Shown here piece by piece: positions 39,612 through 52,067 of a DNA stretch of 64,000 bases; position 1 is the stretch's first letter, and every line of letters starts with the position of its first letter. A program made the position numbers and the translations under genes. The stretch comes from Octopus sinensis (taxonomy: Eukaryota), in assembly GCF_006345805.1 (NCBI RefSeq), contig NC_043017.1:24924001-24988000 (forward strand), read 5' to 3'. Under the pieces are notes generated by a model. The model saw nothing but the letters and a program-made list of their open reading frames with translations. It ran no database searches and had not been told where the DNA came from.

Positions 39612-42247
39612 TAGGCAACTTGATGTAGTTGTGTGTGCTACATATCGCCCTCCAGATGCCCCAAGCCATGTGGGCAAGTTTGAAGACTGCCTTATAAAAT
39701 AGAAGAAATTCTAACCACATTAGAACAACACATAGGTGTGCTTCTTATGGGAGACTTCAATCTGCCCAATGTCAGGTGGCCCGAGGGCCTTTCTCTCCCA
39801 GGAATGACAAGATGTGAACGAGGACAGGCGAGGTCCCTCCTGAACCTCATCAACACCCTGTACATGGAGCAGGTAATACTCCAACCAACCAGGGCAGGTA
39901 ACACACTGGATCTCTGCTTCACAAATGACATGGATCTCATCCATAATGTGAAAGTGACACCGACACTACTCTCGGATCACAACATGATAGAGCTGACCAT
40001 GTACGGGCCAAAAGAGAGCACGGACATGCAGCCTACAAGAAACCCTCAAAATCTTTCCAGCTTGAACTACCATAAGGCAAACTGGAAACAAATTGAGAAA
40101 GAGATCCTCAAACAAAACTGGCCTAAATGTCTCTCCTCGCCAGACATCGACGTGAAACTTCAACAATTCATGTCTGTAATGCAAGCCATATGCTACAAAT
40201 GTGTCCCAGAGAGAAAGGCCACTGTACACAAGAACAAAATCCCCAGAGAGAGGAAAATTTTAATGAGACGGCGTACAAAATTTTCAAATCGCCTAAACAA
40301 ACAGATTGAAAGCAGTGAAAAGTCCCGCCTAAAAATAAAACTGTTGGAAATCGAAAAATGTCTGCAACTCTCCCATGAAAAAGAAAGAGCAGACAAAGAA
40401 GCCTGGGCTATAGAAAACATAAAATCTAACCCCAGAGCTTTCTACAGGTATGCCAAAGAAACAGCTACAGTGCACTGTAGAATAGGGCCACTCCTCGAAA
40501 AGGATGGCACACTTACAGGAAAATCAATGAGGGTAAGTGAAATACTGAATGAGCAATTCAAGAGTGTTTTCACTCCACCCCTTGGGCATCTCCAAATCAC
40601 CAATCCAACTGACTTTTTTACCACTGCAGATATAAAATCAGAGGCGGCGACGATATATTACATCCATATAAAGGAAGACGATGTAACCAAGGCTATAGAT
40701 GAAATGAAAACAGACTCAGCTACTGGCCCCGATGGATTCCCGGCAATCCTCCTAAAAGCATGTAAGAGAGTCCTAGCAAGACCACTGCAGTTCCTCTTTC
40801 AGAGCTTCCTTGCAGCTGGCAAACTTCCAGGAAAACTGAAGGAAGGTAAAATATGCCCCATTCATAAAGGAGGTAGCAGAGCGGAAGCCAAGAACTATAG
40901 ACCTATCTCTCTGACCTCACACATCAGCAAGGTCATGGAACGAATAGTCAGAAGGAAGCTGATCACCTTCCTTGAAGAGAATGACTTGCTGCCCGACACC
41001 CAACATGGTTTCCGACCAGGGAGAAGCTGTTTAACTCAGCTCCTACAACACTATGACTGGGTGCTGAAACGGCTGCTCAACCACTCAAATGTGGAAGTGA
41101 TATATCTCGACTTTGCAAAGGCCTTTGATAAAGTCGATCATAGAATGATATGTCACAAACTGCGTGATCTCAACATAGTTGGAAAACTGGGAGAATGGCT
41201 TCATGACTTTCTGAAGGATAGAAGTCAGGTGGTAGTAGCCAATGGGGCCACCTCCATTAACACACAAATAGTGAGCGGTGTTCCGCAGGGCACTGTTCTG
41301 GGACCACTACTGTTCATAATGGCCCCTCAGACATGCCCTCAGCCACGCAGAGAGCCACGATCACAAGTTATGCAGATGATACAAAAGTTTCACAGGCAAT
41401 ACAGAACCCTGAGGACACTAAACACCTGCAATGTGAGCTGGACGAAATATACAAGTGGGCTGAAAAGAATAGCATGCAGTTCAATGCTGGAAAGTTTCAA
41501 GCTTTATACTATCAGCATGCAAAACTGAATGCAATACCCAATGAATACACTGGACCCGGAGGGATTGCAATCCCAGAGGCACAATCAGTGCGTGACCTGG
41601 GTATTCACATGAGTGATGACGCGACCTTTCATGTACATGTTGCTAAACTGACAATGAAATGTAGACGGCTGGCTGGATGGATTCTTAGAACCTTTAGAAC
41701 AAGAGAACAAGAAACCATGATGGTCCTCTGGAAGACACTTGTCCTAAGCCACTTTGACTATTGCTCTCAGCTATGGTCACCATCCAGTGTCAAGTTGATC
41801 ACAGAACTTGAGGCGATCCAACGAAGCTACACAAAGAAGATAGCCTCTATGCAGAATGTAAGCTACTGGGAAAGACTCAAGAGATTAAAATTATATTCCC
41901 TGGAGCGTAGGCGGGAAAGATATGCCATAATATACATCTGGAAGATCCTGGAGGGAAGTGTCCTGAACTTTGGCATCGAGAGTTACGCAAATGCCAGAAC
42001 TGGACGCCACTGCGTGGTGCCTAGGACTCCAAACCTGTCATCAAGATGTAGGACAAGATTCTGTGATATCCTCCCGAAGAACCTGAGAGACCTGCATGGG
42101 GTGGATACAGATGTCTTTAAAATGAAGCTGGATCTCTTCCTGTCAGGTGTCCCAGATGAACCAACTTCACGGCAGGAGGGGCAGATGAGGGCAGCTGCAT
42201 CGAACTCTCTCATGCACCAAATAGCAGTTGCTAGAAAGCCTCCATAA
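39612..42247 (+). pseudogene. Disrupted LINE ORF2 split over three frames
   Basis: The end of ORF 39349-39702, ORF 39738-41528 and ORF 41333-42247 join into one polypeptide if single bases are restored at ~39697 (A run) and ~41325 (C run). No other stops seen. Confidence 0.88.
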
Positions 42248-42332
42248 AGTGAAACCAAGTAGCAACACCAAATGGCGGTGCCCCAGCATGGCCACAGCTC
42301 ATAAGCTGAAACTAGAATCAATCAATCAATCA

Positions 42333-42336
<4 letters not shown>
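39612..42336 (+). mobile_element. 5'-truncated CR1-group LINE: ORF2 with partial AP endonuclease and reverse transcriptase, 3' UTR and (AATC)n tail
   Basis: EN motifs YRPP, MGDFN, TLDLCFTN, SDHN. RT motifs PISLTS, QHGFRPGRSC, YLDFAKAFDKV, GVPQGTVLGPLLF, YADD. CR1-type C-terminus SYWERLKRLKLYSLERRRER. Stop at 42245-47; (AATC)5 at 42316-42335. TA-rich microsatellite on both sides. Confidence 0.95.
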
Positions 42337-42369
<33 letters not shown>

Positions 42370-42460
42370 ATATATATATGTATATATATATGTGTATATA
42401 TATGTATATATATATGTGTATATATATATATATGTATATATATGTATATATATATATATA

Positions 42461-42501
<41 letters not shown>

Positions 42502-42868
42502 ATATATATATATGTGTATATATATATATGTGTATATATATATATGTGTGTATATATATATATGTGTATATATATATATGTGTATATATATTATGTGTAT
42601 ATATAATATATGTGTATTATATATATGTGTGTATATATATATATGTGTAATATATGTATAATATATATATGTGTATATATATATATGTGTATATATATAT
42701 ATGTTATATATATATATATGTGTAATATATATTGTGTATATATATATGTGTGTATAATATATATGTATATATATATATATGTATATATCTATGTATGTAT
42801 ATCTATGTATGTATATATATATATGTGTATATTTATATATATCTATCTATATATATATATATATATAA
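42337..42868. repeat. (TA)/(TG) microsatellite directly after the LINE tail
   Basis: Direct inspection. Confidence 0.95.
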
Positions 42869-43519
42869 TGATAGAGGATGAGGAAAATCTTTTCAGCTTA
42901 AATCCTGAATTTTAATCTTTTGATCAAAAAGTGTATATTATACATAGGGGTTTTATGCTACTTAATTTTTTTGTTTGTTTAATTTTTGTATGTGGGTGTC
43001 AAGGGAGTGGAGAAGTTACCTTTGGACAAGTCAGTGATTAGGTTAATCTCTCGTTTTCTTTCTTTCACTTTCGACGTGACTCAGTAAGGAGGACTTCTAT
43101 GTGCTAGAACTAGCAGCCAAATCTCAATTTGGGAAAGGAAGGGCCCTTCGGATAATATAATCCCAAATGGGATGATTGTGGCTGGAATGTATTTGAATGC
43201 AGGTTTGCTTGATCGTGGCCAGCCTGGAGCTATTTTGGAAATGAGTTGAGCGTCACCCTTGTGGACCCATGTGAACCATGAGAAGACAAACTTATGCTTC
43301 CAAAATAAAAAAAAATGCTGAATAAGATAATGCACAATGTTTTATGTGTTGGTATACATGAATGAATGATGAATAAGAGAGAGAGAGAGAAGGAACGAGA
43401 AAGAGAGATGTATAGAAAGAGTATTTAAGTGACATTTGATGGTTTCTCATTTAATAACCAGAATATCTGGATTGGTTTCCAATTAACCTTTCTCTGATGC
43501 TGTTTCTGAAGTTAACCAT

Positions 43520-43564
<45 letters not shown>

Positions 43565-46355
43565 ACGACATTTTAGTAATGGATTTCTTACTAGAAAGGA
43601 AGACGAGGGGAGTGGAGAAAATGGTGGCAACCGCATGTAAATGACACAGTCTCTCTCTCTCTTTCAGTCCCTCTCTCTGCTCTCATCCTTCCCTTTTCTC
43701 TCTCTGTCTCTCTCTCTCCCCCCCCCGCTCTCCTACTCTCTTTTTTTCTCTCTGTCCTTCTCTCTCTTCCTCATTTGTTGTTAACGAGCTTCACTTACAA
43801 TGCACATTAAAACTACATATAATGCAATGAGTCAGAGAGGAATGTCTATGTAGGTACTTTGCCGGTTAGAAATAGTATCCAAATCCGCCCACCCCTTCAG
43901 ATTAAATCCTATCTTAAATAGGATAATGTGGTTCAGCATTCCTTAGATATAAAACAAGATGATCACAGTCTGACTCTTTGATCATAGGTCTGCTCACTCG
44001 GGGCTGACCAGGGTTAAATAATGACCATGGAGTATTTTCAGTATCATAGCTTTTATATGTGATTCCGAAAGTTCTTCCTGTTTCCAAGATTACCTTTAAT
44101 TCATATTCTCTTACTGGTTTCATCCAATGGCTTGTGGCCATCCTGGAGCACAAACCCACATGACGAACCATTTATTCTCCAGAACAATTTTATTAAAGTT
44201 ACCATTCTTATGCTTTCCATTTTTGATTGTGTATTTTTCCTTTTTTTGGTACCAGATTTGTAAAACAGCTCTCAAGCTTCATCTCCCTTGTCATTTCTCT
44301 ATATGTATCATGAGTCTCTGACCACTTCTCTCTCTCTCTCTCTCTCTCTCTCCTCTCTGACTATCTCCCTCTTTCTGTCTCCTCTCTGACTATCTCTCTA
44401 TCCATCCTCTAAGCATGTGTGTTATTCAAATCCAGCTTAGATTGATGTAATACTACTCCACCACTCCCTATCATTCCCCCAGAATTAATTATCAGATTTA
44501 CTTCAGAGAGATTTAAGGGATGAAATACAGTTGATAGATAATCCTTTATCCTAAATTCCAAAATCTGAAAATCTACAAAAAAAAAAAAAATCTCAGCTTT
44601 TTCTTTCAAGTAAGAGAAACATCACAAATGGTCACTAGCTGAAATTACTTTTATCTTTTACTTGTTTCACTCGTTAAACCACGACCATGCTGGGGCATCA
44701 CCTTGACGAATTAACCTCAGTACTTATTTTATTTTAAAGTCTGGTACTTATTCTAGCAGTCTCTTTTGCTGAACTGCTAAGCTATGAGAACGTCAACAAA
44801 CCAACACTGGTTGTCAAGTGGTGGTGGACAAATACAGATACAAAGGTGCATGCACGCGCACACACACTGATCCTCTTTCAGTTTCTGTCTATCAGATTCA
44901 CTGCCAAGACTTTGGTAGGCTCAAGGCTATAGTAGATAACACTTGAATACATACATACATACATACATATAAATGACTAGCAACAAGACATTTGGCAATA
45001 TGCTGTGCTTGTCAAGGCCCATCAAGCAAAGTGAAATCATAGTTGTGACCATTTTTGGTGTCATGTAACAGGCACTTGTGCCAGTGTCACATAAAGAGCA
45101 CCTTCCAAGTGTTGTGCCTCACGGTGACAATGTGGCTGATGCTGGTGTCGTGGAACTAGCAACCGTGCCAGTGGCAGGTAAAAGGCACCTTTTGAAAGCT
45201 ATGCCTCATGGAAGCAACGACAAATGATAAAAGCTTTTGGCAATACACTGTGCTTGAGAAAGAAGATCCATCAAGCCGAGTGAAATCTTAGTCATAACAG
45301 ATACTGATGTCGTGCAACTGGCACTTATGCAGATGGCACGTAAAAGCACCCATTACACTCTTGGAGTGGTTGGTATTAGGAAGGACATCCAGCCATACAA
45401 ACCATACCAAATCAGACTGGAATCTGGTGCAGCCCCTCAGCTTACCAACTTTGGTTAAACCATACAACCCATGCCAGCATGGACAACAGATGTTAAATAA
45501 TGATCATGATGATGATCACGATATATTTACATATGTACACACACACACACACACTCACACAGATGACAAAGGACCTGGTGCTTTGCTGTATTCAAGAAGA
45601 CCTGTACTTTGCAGCAAAAGTGTTAAGACTGGTGCCATGTAAAACGTCCATGTGGTACCATGTAAAAGCACCCACCACATTCTGTAAAGTGGTTGGTGTT
45701 AAGAAGGGTGTCCAGCCACAGAAACCATACCAAATGAGACTGAAGTCTGGTGCAGCTCCCCGACTTGCCAGCTCTGGTCAAACTCTCCAACCCATGTCAG
45801 TTTGGACAACAGACATTAAATGATGATGCTGATAATGATGATTGTGTGTGTGTGTGTGTGTGTCCCTCCCATCGCGTGACAGCCAGTTTTGGTTTCTTTT
45901 CTTTGCTGTAACTTTGTAGTTTTGCAAAAGAGACCAATAGAATATGTTCTGGATTTAAAAAATAAGTGGTGCAGTTGATTTGCTGGACTAATTCCGTCAA
46001 GATATTGCTCCAGCATGGCTGCTGTCCCATGACTGAATCAATAAAAGATAATTAACAGATGTCATGCAATAGACTTCATATCTAAATATATGGGTTTTTT
46101 TTCTTTCTTGCATTAACCTATGTTCTGTAGCTTCTTGTTCTCTTTCTTCCATAACCTTTTGCTATCCGTCAGACCCTGCAACTGGTCATGGACTTTGTCG
46201 TTTTTCTTGTGACTAAGCAGCAGAAAAAAAATTACACACACACACACATGTATGTAATTAATTATTTGTTGGTAATTATGTTTGCTAAAAAAATAATGTT
46301 TTTTCAATTTGCTAATATGCTAATTTTTTTAACATTTCTTTTTTTCTCTTTGCAG

Positions 46356-46516
46356 CTGTCGATATTTGGCCCTCAACGTATCCCCTGCAATTCCTGCCAT
46401 TGGAGCAGCCCTGTTTTTATTTGTTATATCCACCCTTTTCCGAACAAGCTTTAGTGACCCAGGTGTAATCCCTAGAGCTACTCCAGACGAAGCTGCAGAT
46501 ATTGAAAGACAAATAG
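46356..46516 (+). CDS. ZDHHC14: Internal coding exon (161 bp, phase 2 to phase 1) of a DHHC palmitoyltransferase, ZDHHC9/14/18 subfamily
   Basis: Polypyrimidine tract and TGCAG acceptor (AG 46354-55), GCTAAT branch-like motifs at 46311 and 46319, donor G|GTAAAT at 46517. Translates (D)[53 protein letters not shown], matching the TM2-DPG region of ZDHHC14/18 as I recall it. One-to-one orthology is not established. Confidence 0.95.
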
Positions 46517-46999
46517 GTAAATCATTATTCCAATTATTCTTCAATCATCATGATATAGTATTAATTAATTAATTAATCAATTGCGTTTGTGTGGGTTGCT
46601 TTTCTCTCCTCCCCACCTCTCTGCTGACATATCTTAATTCGTAATTGATTGGCTGCAATTCTTGTGATGGAATTGTCCAGTTTCGTAATTCATCATAGAT
46701 GCAAAATGAAAATAATGATAGAAATAGTAAACTTTTCTTTAACATTGCTCTCCGTCTCATTTGCTAGCATAACCAAATGTTTGTTATTCATGTTTACATG
46801 ATGTATTTTTTCTCTTAAATGTTCTGTTTCTCAACTTCTGTTATAATTTTTCATTTTGGGTATTTATCATCTTAAAATGTTAACTACCACAACCTGTTAC
46901 TGGAATTTACTGGTCACGCCATGTATTTCCAATCACATTATACTATTTAATTGCAAGGAAATGTAATATTTTTGCATTTTTACAATATTTCATAATTAA

Positions 47000-47218
47000 C
47001 CCTTTAGTGTTCAGATTATTCTATCAAACATAATGCTTATTGATTCCCATTGATTTGAATTAATCATGCATTTTCTCATATCTTCAAGATCTTGATGGTG
47101 TAATTACTTAATGTAGAATAACATTGTAGGATAGGTGTGAGAGCCTGGATCTGGTTTGTTTGAACATAAAACAGATGAAATATTTTGGCCGGATATGGCC
47201 GGTTTAAATACTAAAGGG
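47000..47218. mobile_element. P2 piggyBac-type MITE
   Basis: TTAA|CCCTTTAGT ... ACTAAAGGG|TTAA. Confidence 0.88.
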
Positions 47219-47529
47219 TTAAACTGCAATATTTAGCACTCATGTAATTCAAATATCCTCCAAACCATATAAAAGATACAGAATAAAATATTCTGGTGCT
47301 TATGGCAGTTGTGTGAAGTTTTTGATGGAACCACCAGTGGTACATGTGATGGTTAATATGTTAAAGTAACTAGTCTGAGTGGGGCCCAGCATTATATTTA
47401 GATTTGGGTTATTTCCCATCCAAACTTTATATGCGTGTGCTGTTGCTGTTACAGTTTTTTTTTTGGGGGGTGGGGGAGATATAGTGCCATGTAAAATGGG
47501 TTTTTTTTTGTTTTGCTTGTATCTCGAGG

Positions 47530-48200
47530 AAAGGGCCATGCCCACAGCCTTTGAATGCCTTCCTAGGCTGGTAAAATTGATGCCATTAAAGTTCCTTTTG
47601 AATGTTAGTAAGTCAAATCCTTTGGTAATGATGTGAACAAGGAGGGAATTCCAGAGGACGACCAATCCTTCTGAGAAGGAATGACTGAGTACAGTGATTA
47701 GTGCAGGTCTTGGGGGTAGTGATAGTCATTGGCCACATGAGTAGTGGTGAGAGGAGGAAAGATCAGTGGGATGGTAATGCTTGAATGGAAGTGGCATGAG
47801 TTCAGCCATCTCCAAGAAACAGAGGCCTTTATAGTAGTGGTAGAAATGAAAGGGATCAGAGACAGCATGACTGGGCCAGATTCTAGCGCATGTCTGTGAG
47901 TGATGTATATATTTCTTTACTGCCTAGAAGGGGCTAAACATAGAGGGGCAAACAAGGACAGACAAAGGGATTGAGTCGATTATATCGACCCCAGTGCGAA
48001 ACTGGTACTTAATTTATCGACCCCGAAAGGATGAAAGGCAAAGTTGACCTCGGCAGAATTTGAACTCAGAACGTAACGACAGACGAAATACCACTAAGCA
48101 CTTCGCCCGATGCGCTAACGTGTCTGCCAGCTCGCCGCCTTGAGTTATGTATAGAGGAGACAGCATGCTTGTTGACCAGAGACTGGAGTATGTCTGTGAG
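47530..48200 (-). mobile_element. Degenerate CR1/L2-group LINE ORF2 C-terminal remnant, interrupted by a SINE at 47910-48140
   Basis: Broken minus-strand reading includes FYHYYKGLCFLEMAELMPLPF and VVLWNSLLVHIITKGFDLLTFKRNFN, resembling the LFYRYY...LWNSLP...YDL..FK tail of these LINEs. Confidence 0.6.
47910..48140 (-). mobile_element. Family B SINE with a 13-bp TSD
   Basis: TGAGTGATGTATA (47897-909) and TGAGTTATGTATA (48141-53). Confidence 0.88.
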
Positions 48201-48556
48201 TCAGTGGTATCAACTACATTATCTCTTCTCCAAATGGCTAGCCTTGTTCCTAAATCAGGAACTATTTTCTTTGTATTTGTGTGGTGTTAGGGTGGAGTAA
48301 CCAAACTGGTGTTGATATGAACCATGCTCCTATAGTTTGTTGACACCCAATTTGAGGTCACTAAACAATAACATTTGTGATACATCAATTATATACGGTC
48401 ATGACCAACAAATTTTACAAGTACTAGTTATTCAGTTATCTTTCAACATTCATGCTAATTTTTCTTATTTGATTTATTTTTTTTTAATCGTTATCATTAG
48501 ATATTTTTTCATAGCAGTCAGCCATTCTTACATATTAAATAATATATTATTATTAT

Positions 48557-48665
48557 TGAGTGAGAGAGCAGTGCTTGCCATCAAAGTGACACTGTAGTAA
48601 AATATATGAAGCCCAATATACCCATCATGGCTACCTGTCTGATAAGGGTATACCAGGCACATGCA
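48557..48665 (-). mobile_element. 5'-truncated copy of family H in (TAA)n
   Basis: Reverse complement of ~22060-22168, flanked by (TAT)n on both sides. Confidence 0.75.
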
Positions 48666-48983
48666 ATTATTATTATTATTATTAATCAGAATCATTAGAA
48701 CATTGGAAAACATGCTTAGCGGTATTTGTTCCAGTTCTTTACATTCTGAGCTCAAATCCTGCCAAGGTCAACTTTGCCTTTCATCCCTCCAAGGTCAATA
48801 AAATAAAGTACCAGTTAAATATTGGGGCTGATGGTATTGATTAATTCCCTCCCATCAAAGTCGCTGACCTTATGCATCTTCCTCCTCCTCCTCATCATTA
48901 TTTTCTGTCCATATTCTATACTGGTACGGATTGAATGGTTTGATAGGATCAGATGGGTCCAAAGACAGCATCGGGCTCTAGTG

Positions 48984-49297
48984 CAACGGTTCTCAACTCG
49001 GGCCCATATAAGATTTTTAGGGGTCCATCTAACAGTAGTAAATTGAGGATCCACAAGAGTATTTTAAAGGCCCCTGAAAAAATCTGCTTTAGATGTATGT
49101 CATGGTATGTATTGCAAGAAACAGCTAGGTTTCTTTCTCTAACATTTTACACAGTTCAAGTTAATGGGTGAAAAAAAAAGGGAAGTTTCAGAGAAGTTTC
49201 TATAAAAGTTTTTTAAGCATCAAATGGCTATAGGGGTCCACCAGAATAAAATATTAATCAAAGGGGGTCATAGATAAAAAGCGGTTGAGAACTGCCG
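48984..49297. mobile_element. hAT (Charlie-like) MITE inserted in a family-C repeat; related copies at ~35720-35960, ~58123-58645 and ~59823-60035
   Basis: TIRs CAACGGTTCTCAAC / GTTGAGAACTGCCG; 8-bp TSD CTCTAGTG / CTTTAGTG. Confidence 0.8.
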
Positions 49298-50809
49298 CTT
49301 TAGTGTCTGCTTTGCTTGGTTTCTACAGCTGGATGCCCTTCTTAATGCCAACCATTTTACAGCATGTACTGGGTGCTTTGTTCATGCCACCATCACTATT
49401 GAGATCACCAATCAGCTGACAAGTCTACGAACTCTGAGGGAGGAAATGACTAAGTGGGGAGGCAAACTTATATTCCGCCGTGTATTTATTCCATTGACCA
49501 AAGAAAGATGAAAATCTGAGGTTGCGCGGTTGAGAAGCTTGCTTCCCAACCACATAGTTTCGGGTTCAGTCCCACTGTGTGGCACCTTGGGCAAGTGTCT
49601 TTTACCATTGCCCTGTATTGACCAATGCCTGGTAAGTGAATTTGGTCGACAGAAGTTGTGTGAAAGCCCAATGACTGAAGCAACTAAAAGACATGTGCTT
49701 GTGGTTGTTGCTTACCAATGCTTGACAACTGTTAGTCATTTGTTAACATCCCAGTAACTTTGCAGTTCAGCAAAAGAGACTGATTGAATAAGTACCAGAC
49801 TTCAAAAAGAAAATAAGGATGGGAGTTGATTTGTTCAACTAAACTGTTGAAGGTGGTGCCCTAGCTGGGCTGCAGTCCAATGACTGAAACAAGTAAATGA
49901 TATACGTAAGATGACTGATTGATTTAGTTCGTTTTTTTTCCCTTCCTCTAATCATTCAAAGTCTCTGTGTGAGTTAATTACAAGTTACTATGGTGATAAC
50001 TTTGTTATTTGTTGGCATTGTGTTGGTTAAGTCTGGGTGAAGAAAAATTAATCAAATATTTATTGGGAAATTGTAATAATAAAAAAAAAAATAAAAAAAG
50101 ATTAGGACTTTGATCTTGATGGTTTCAATTTGATTTAGAAACCTAGTCAACCATATCGACATGGTAAAATACATATTGAAATAATGTTCACAAACTATGT
50201 ATTGCATATGTGGTATGTGTGTGAGTGTGTATGTGAATAATTGTGTGTAAGGAGAGCTGGCAGAAACGTTAGTGTGAAGTGTATAGCCATATTTCGTCTG
50301 TTGCTACGTTCTGATTTCAAATTCCGCCAAGGTCGACTTTGCCTTTCATCCTTTCGGGGTCAATAAATAAAGTACCAGTTTCGCACTGGGGTCAATGTAA
50401 TTGACTTAATCCGTTTGTCTGTCCTTGTTTGTCCCCTCTGTGTTTAGCCCCTTGTGGGCAGTAAAGAAATATATGTTTGTGTGTTGTGTTTGTGTGTGTG
50501 TGCATATATTTGTGTGTGTAGTGTGTATTTTTATGTTTTGCTGAGAATTGACAAGACCCCATGTCTTTCGTAAACCTTTCAAAACCATTAAGTTCAGTGT
50601 CATTGAACAGCGATAAGACTCCAAGAGGAGGATGTTCTTGCACAGAAGGACTGGAAATGGTGGTTAATGTAGGTCCTGGAGAGATTGGCTTTGGGTATAA
50701 CAACGAGGCCTCAGTCACTACACACTATCTACATGTATCATTCATACATACACACATGCATATATACATATATATATATACATGTCTACATACACATTGC
50801 ATCTGTAGC

Positions 50810-51042
50810 AGCTATATATGTATTTGCGTGTTTGGATGGATTCATATATATTTACGTATTTCTCCTTTTTTCTTTCTCTCATTTTTTTTTCTCTCCTTGT
50901 TTTTTTCTGTGTCCCTTTCTGTAGAAGAGTGTAGGCTCGAAACGTAAAAGACTTTTTCAATTCCTTAGCGTTATACTAATACATCTGTTTCTTTTCTACA
51001 CCACCTGTCTTCATCTTTTGTTTTTTTTCGTGAACTCTCTCT
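50810..51042 (+). mobile_element. Related (TA)n-embedded repeat with a hammerhead-like motif at 50915-50950
   Basis: CUUU-CUGUAGA-A-GAGU-GUAG-GCUC-GAAA-CGUA-AAAG, with palindromic ACGU in place of stem III. Same downstream layout as family E. Confidence 0.55.
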
Positions 51043-51114
51043 ATATATATATACATATTCGTATGTATATAAATATATATTTGTGTGCATGTGTGTGTAT
51101 GTATATTTGTGTGC

Positions 51115-51158
<44 letters not shown>

Positions 51159-52067
51159 ATATATGTGTGTGTGTGTGTATGTATGTATATGCATATATAT
51201 ATCTATGTAGATGTGTGTTTATATATGTGTGTGTATATATATATATATGCATGTATAAAGTATAATGTAGTAATTTCTTAATTTGATGTAGTTTAGTCAT
51301 CTGCTTAGCTAACTGTCATAATAGAGCACTCCACACTACTCCAAGTCTACCCATTAACGTCAGCAGGTTTTCTTTGATGTCTCTTTGTCTATTTGTATAT
51401 GGCATTATTGATGCCGGTAAAATGTCTCTTGATGTTTATACTTCTTCAGCTAAAAATAACAAGTAGTCAAAGAACTCAACAAGCAAGAATGGAAAAAATA
51501 TATATATATGTAAATTAAATAAAATATAAAAAAAATAAAATTAGGCCTTTTAATATGTCTGGCTGATTTTTTTTAAAGAAAAAAAGTGCATTTTTTTAAA
51601 TGGATTATGCGTAAGTTCAATTTTATATAATTTTTTTTTTTGCCTTAAAGAAAAAAATTAAATTACAAAATCAGGAAAAATAATTGCTTTTTTTTTCCTA
51701 ATGTGTCGTGTTTCACTTTGAAGTTCTATTAGTTGAAGAAATAGACATGGTGAAGAAACGAAGCATCACGATGATGTCGAACCATATTTGTGATTCATCC
51801 TAACTTCTTCATTTGATAATGGAAACAAGTTATTTATTTATATATTTTTTTGTTACCAGGCGTGGCTGTGTGGGTAGGCGTAGGTGTGGCTGTGTGATGA
51901 GAAGTTGGCTACCCAACCACATGGTTCTAAGTTCAGTTGCATTGCATGACTTTGGGCTGGGCAGGTGTCTTCTACTATAGCCTTGGGTTAACCAGAGCTT
52001 TGTGCGGAGATTTGGTAGATAGAAACTGAAAGAAACTTGTGTGTGTGTGTATATATATATATAGATA

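Noticed and set aside
50561-50947. 128-aa ORF with a non-repetitive N-terminal half
   Set aside because: No recognisable homology, runs into microsatellite, and the flanking ZDHHC exons already join in frame.
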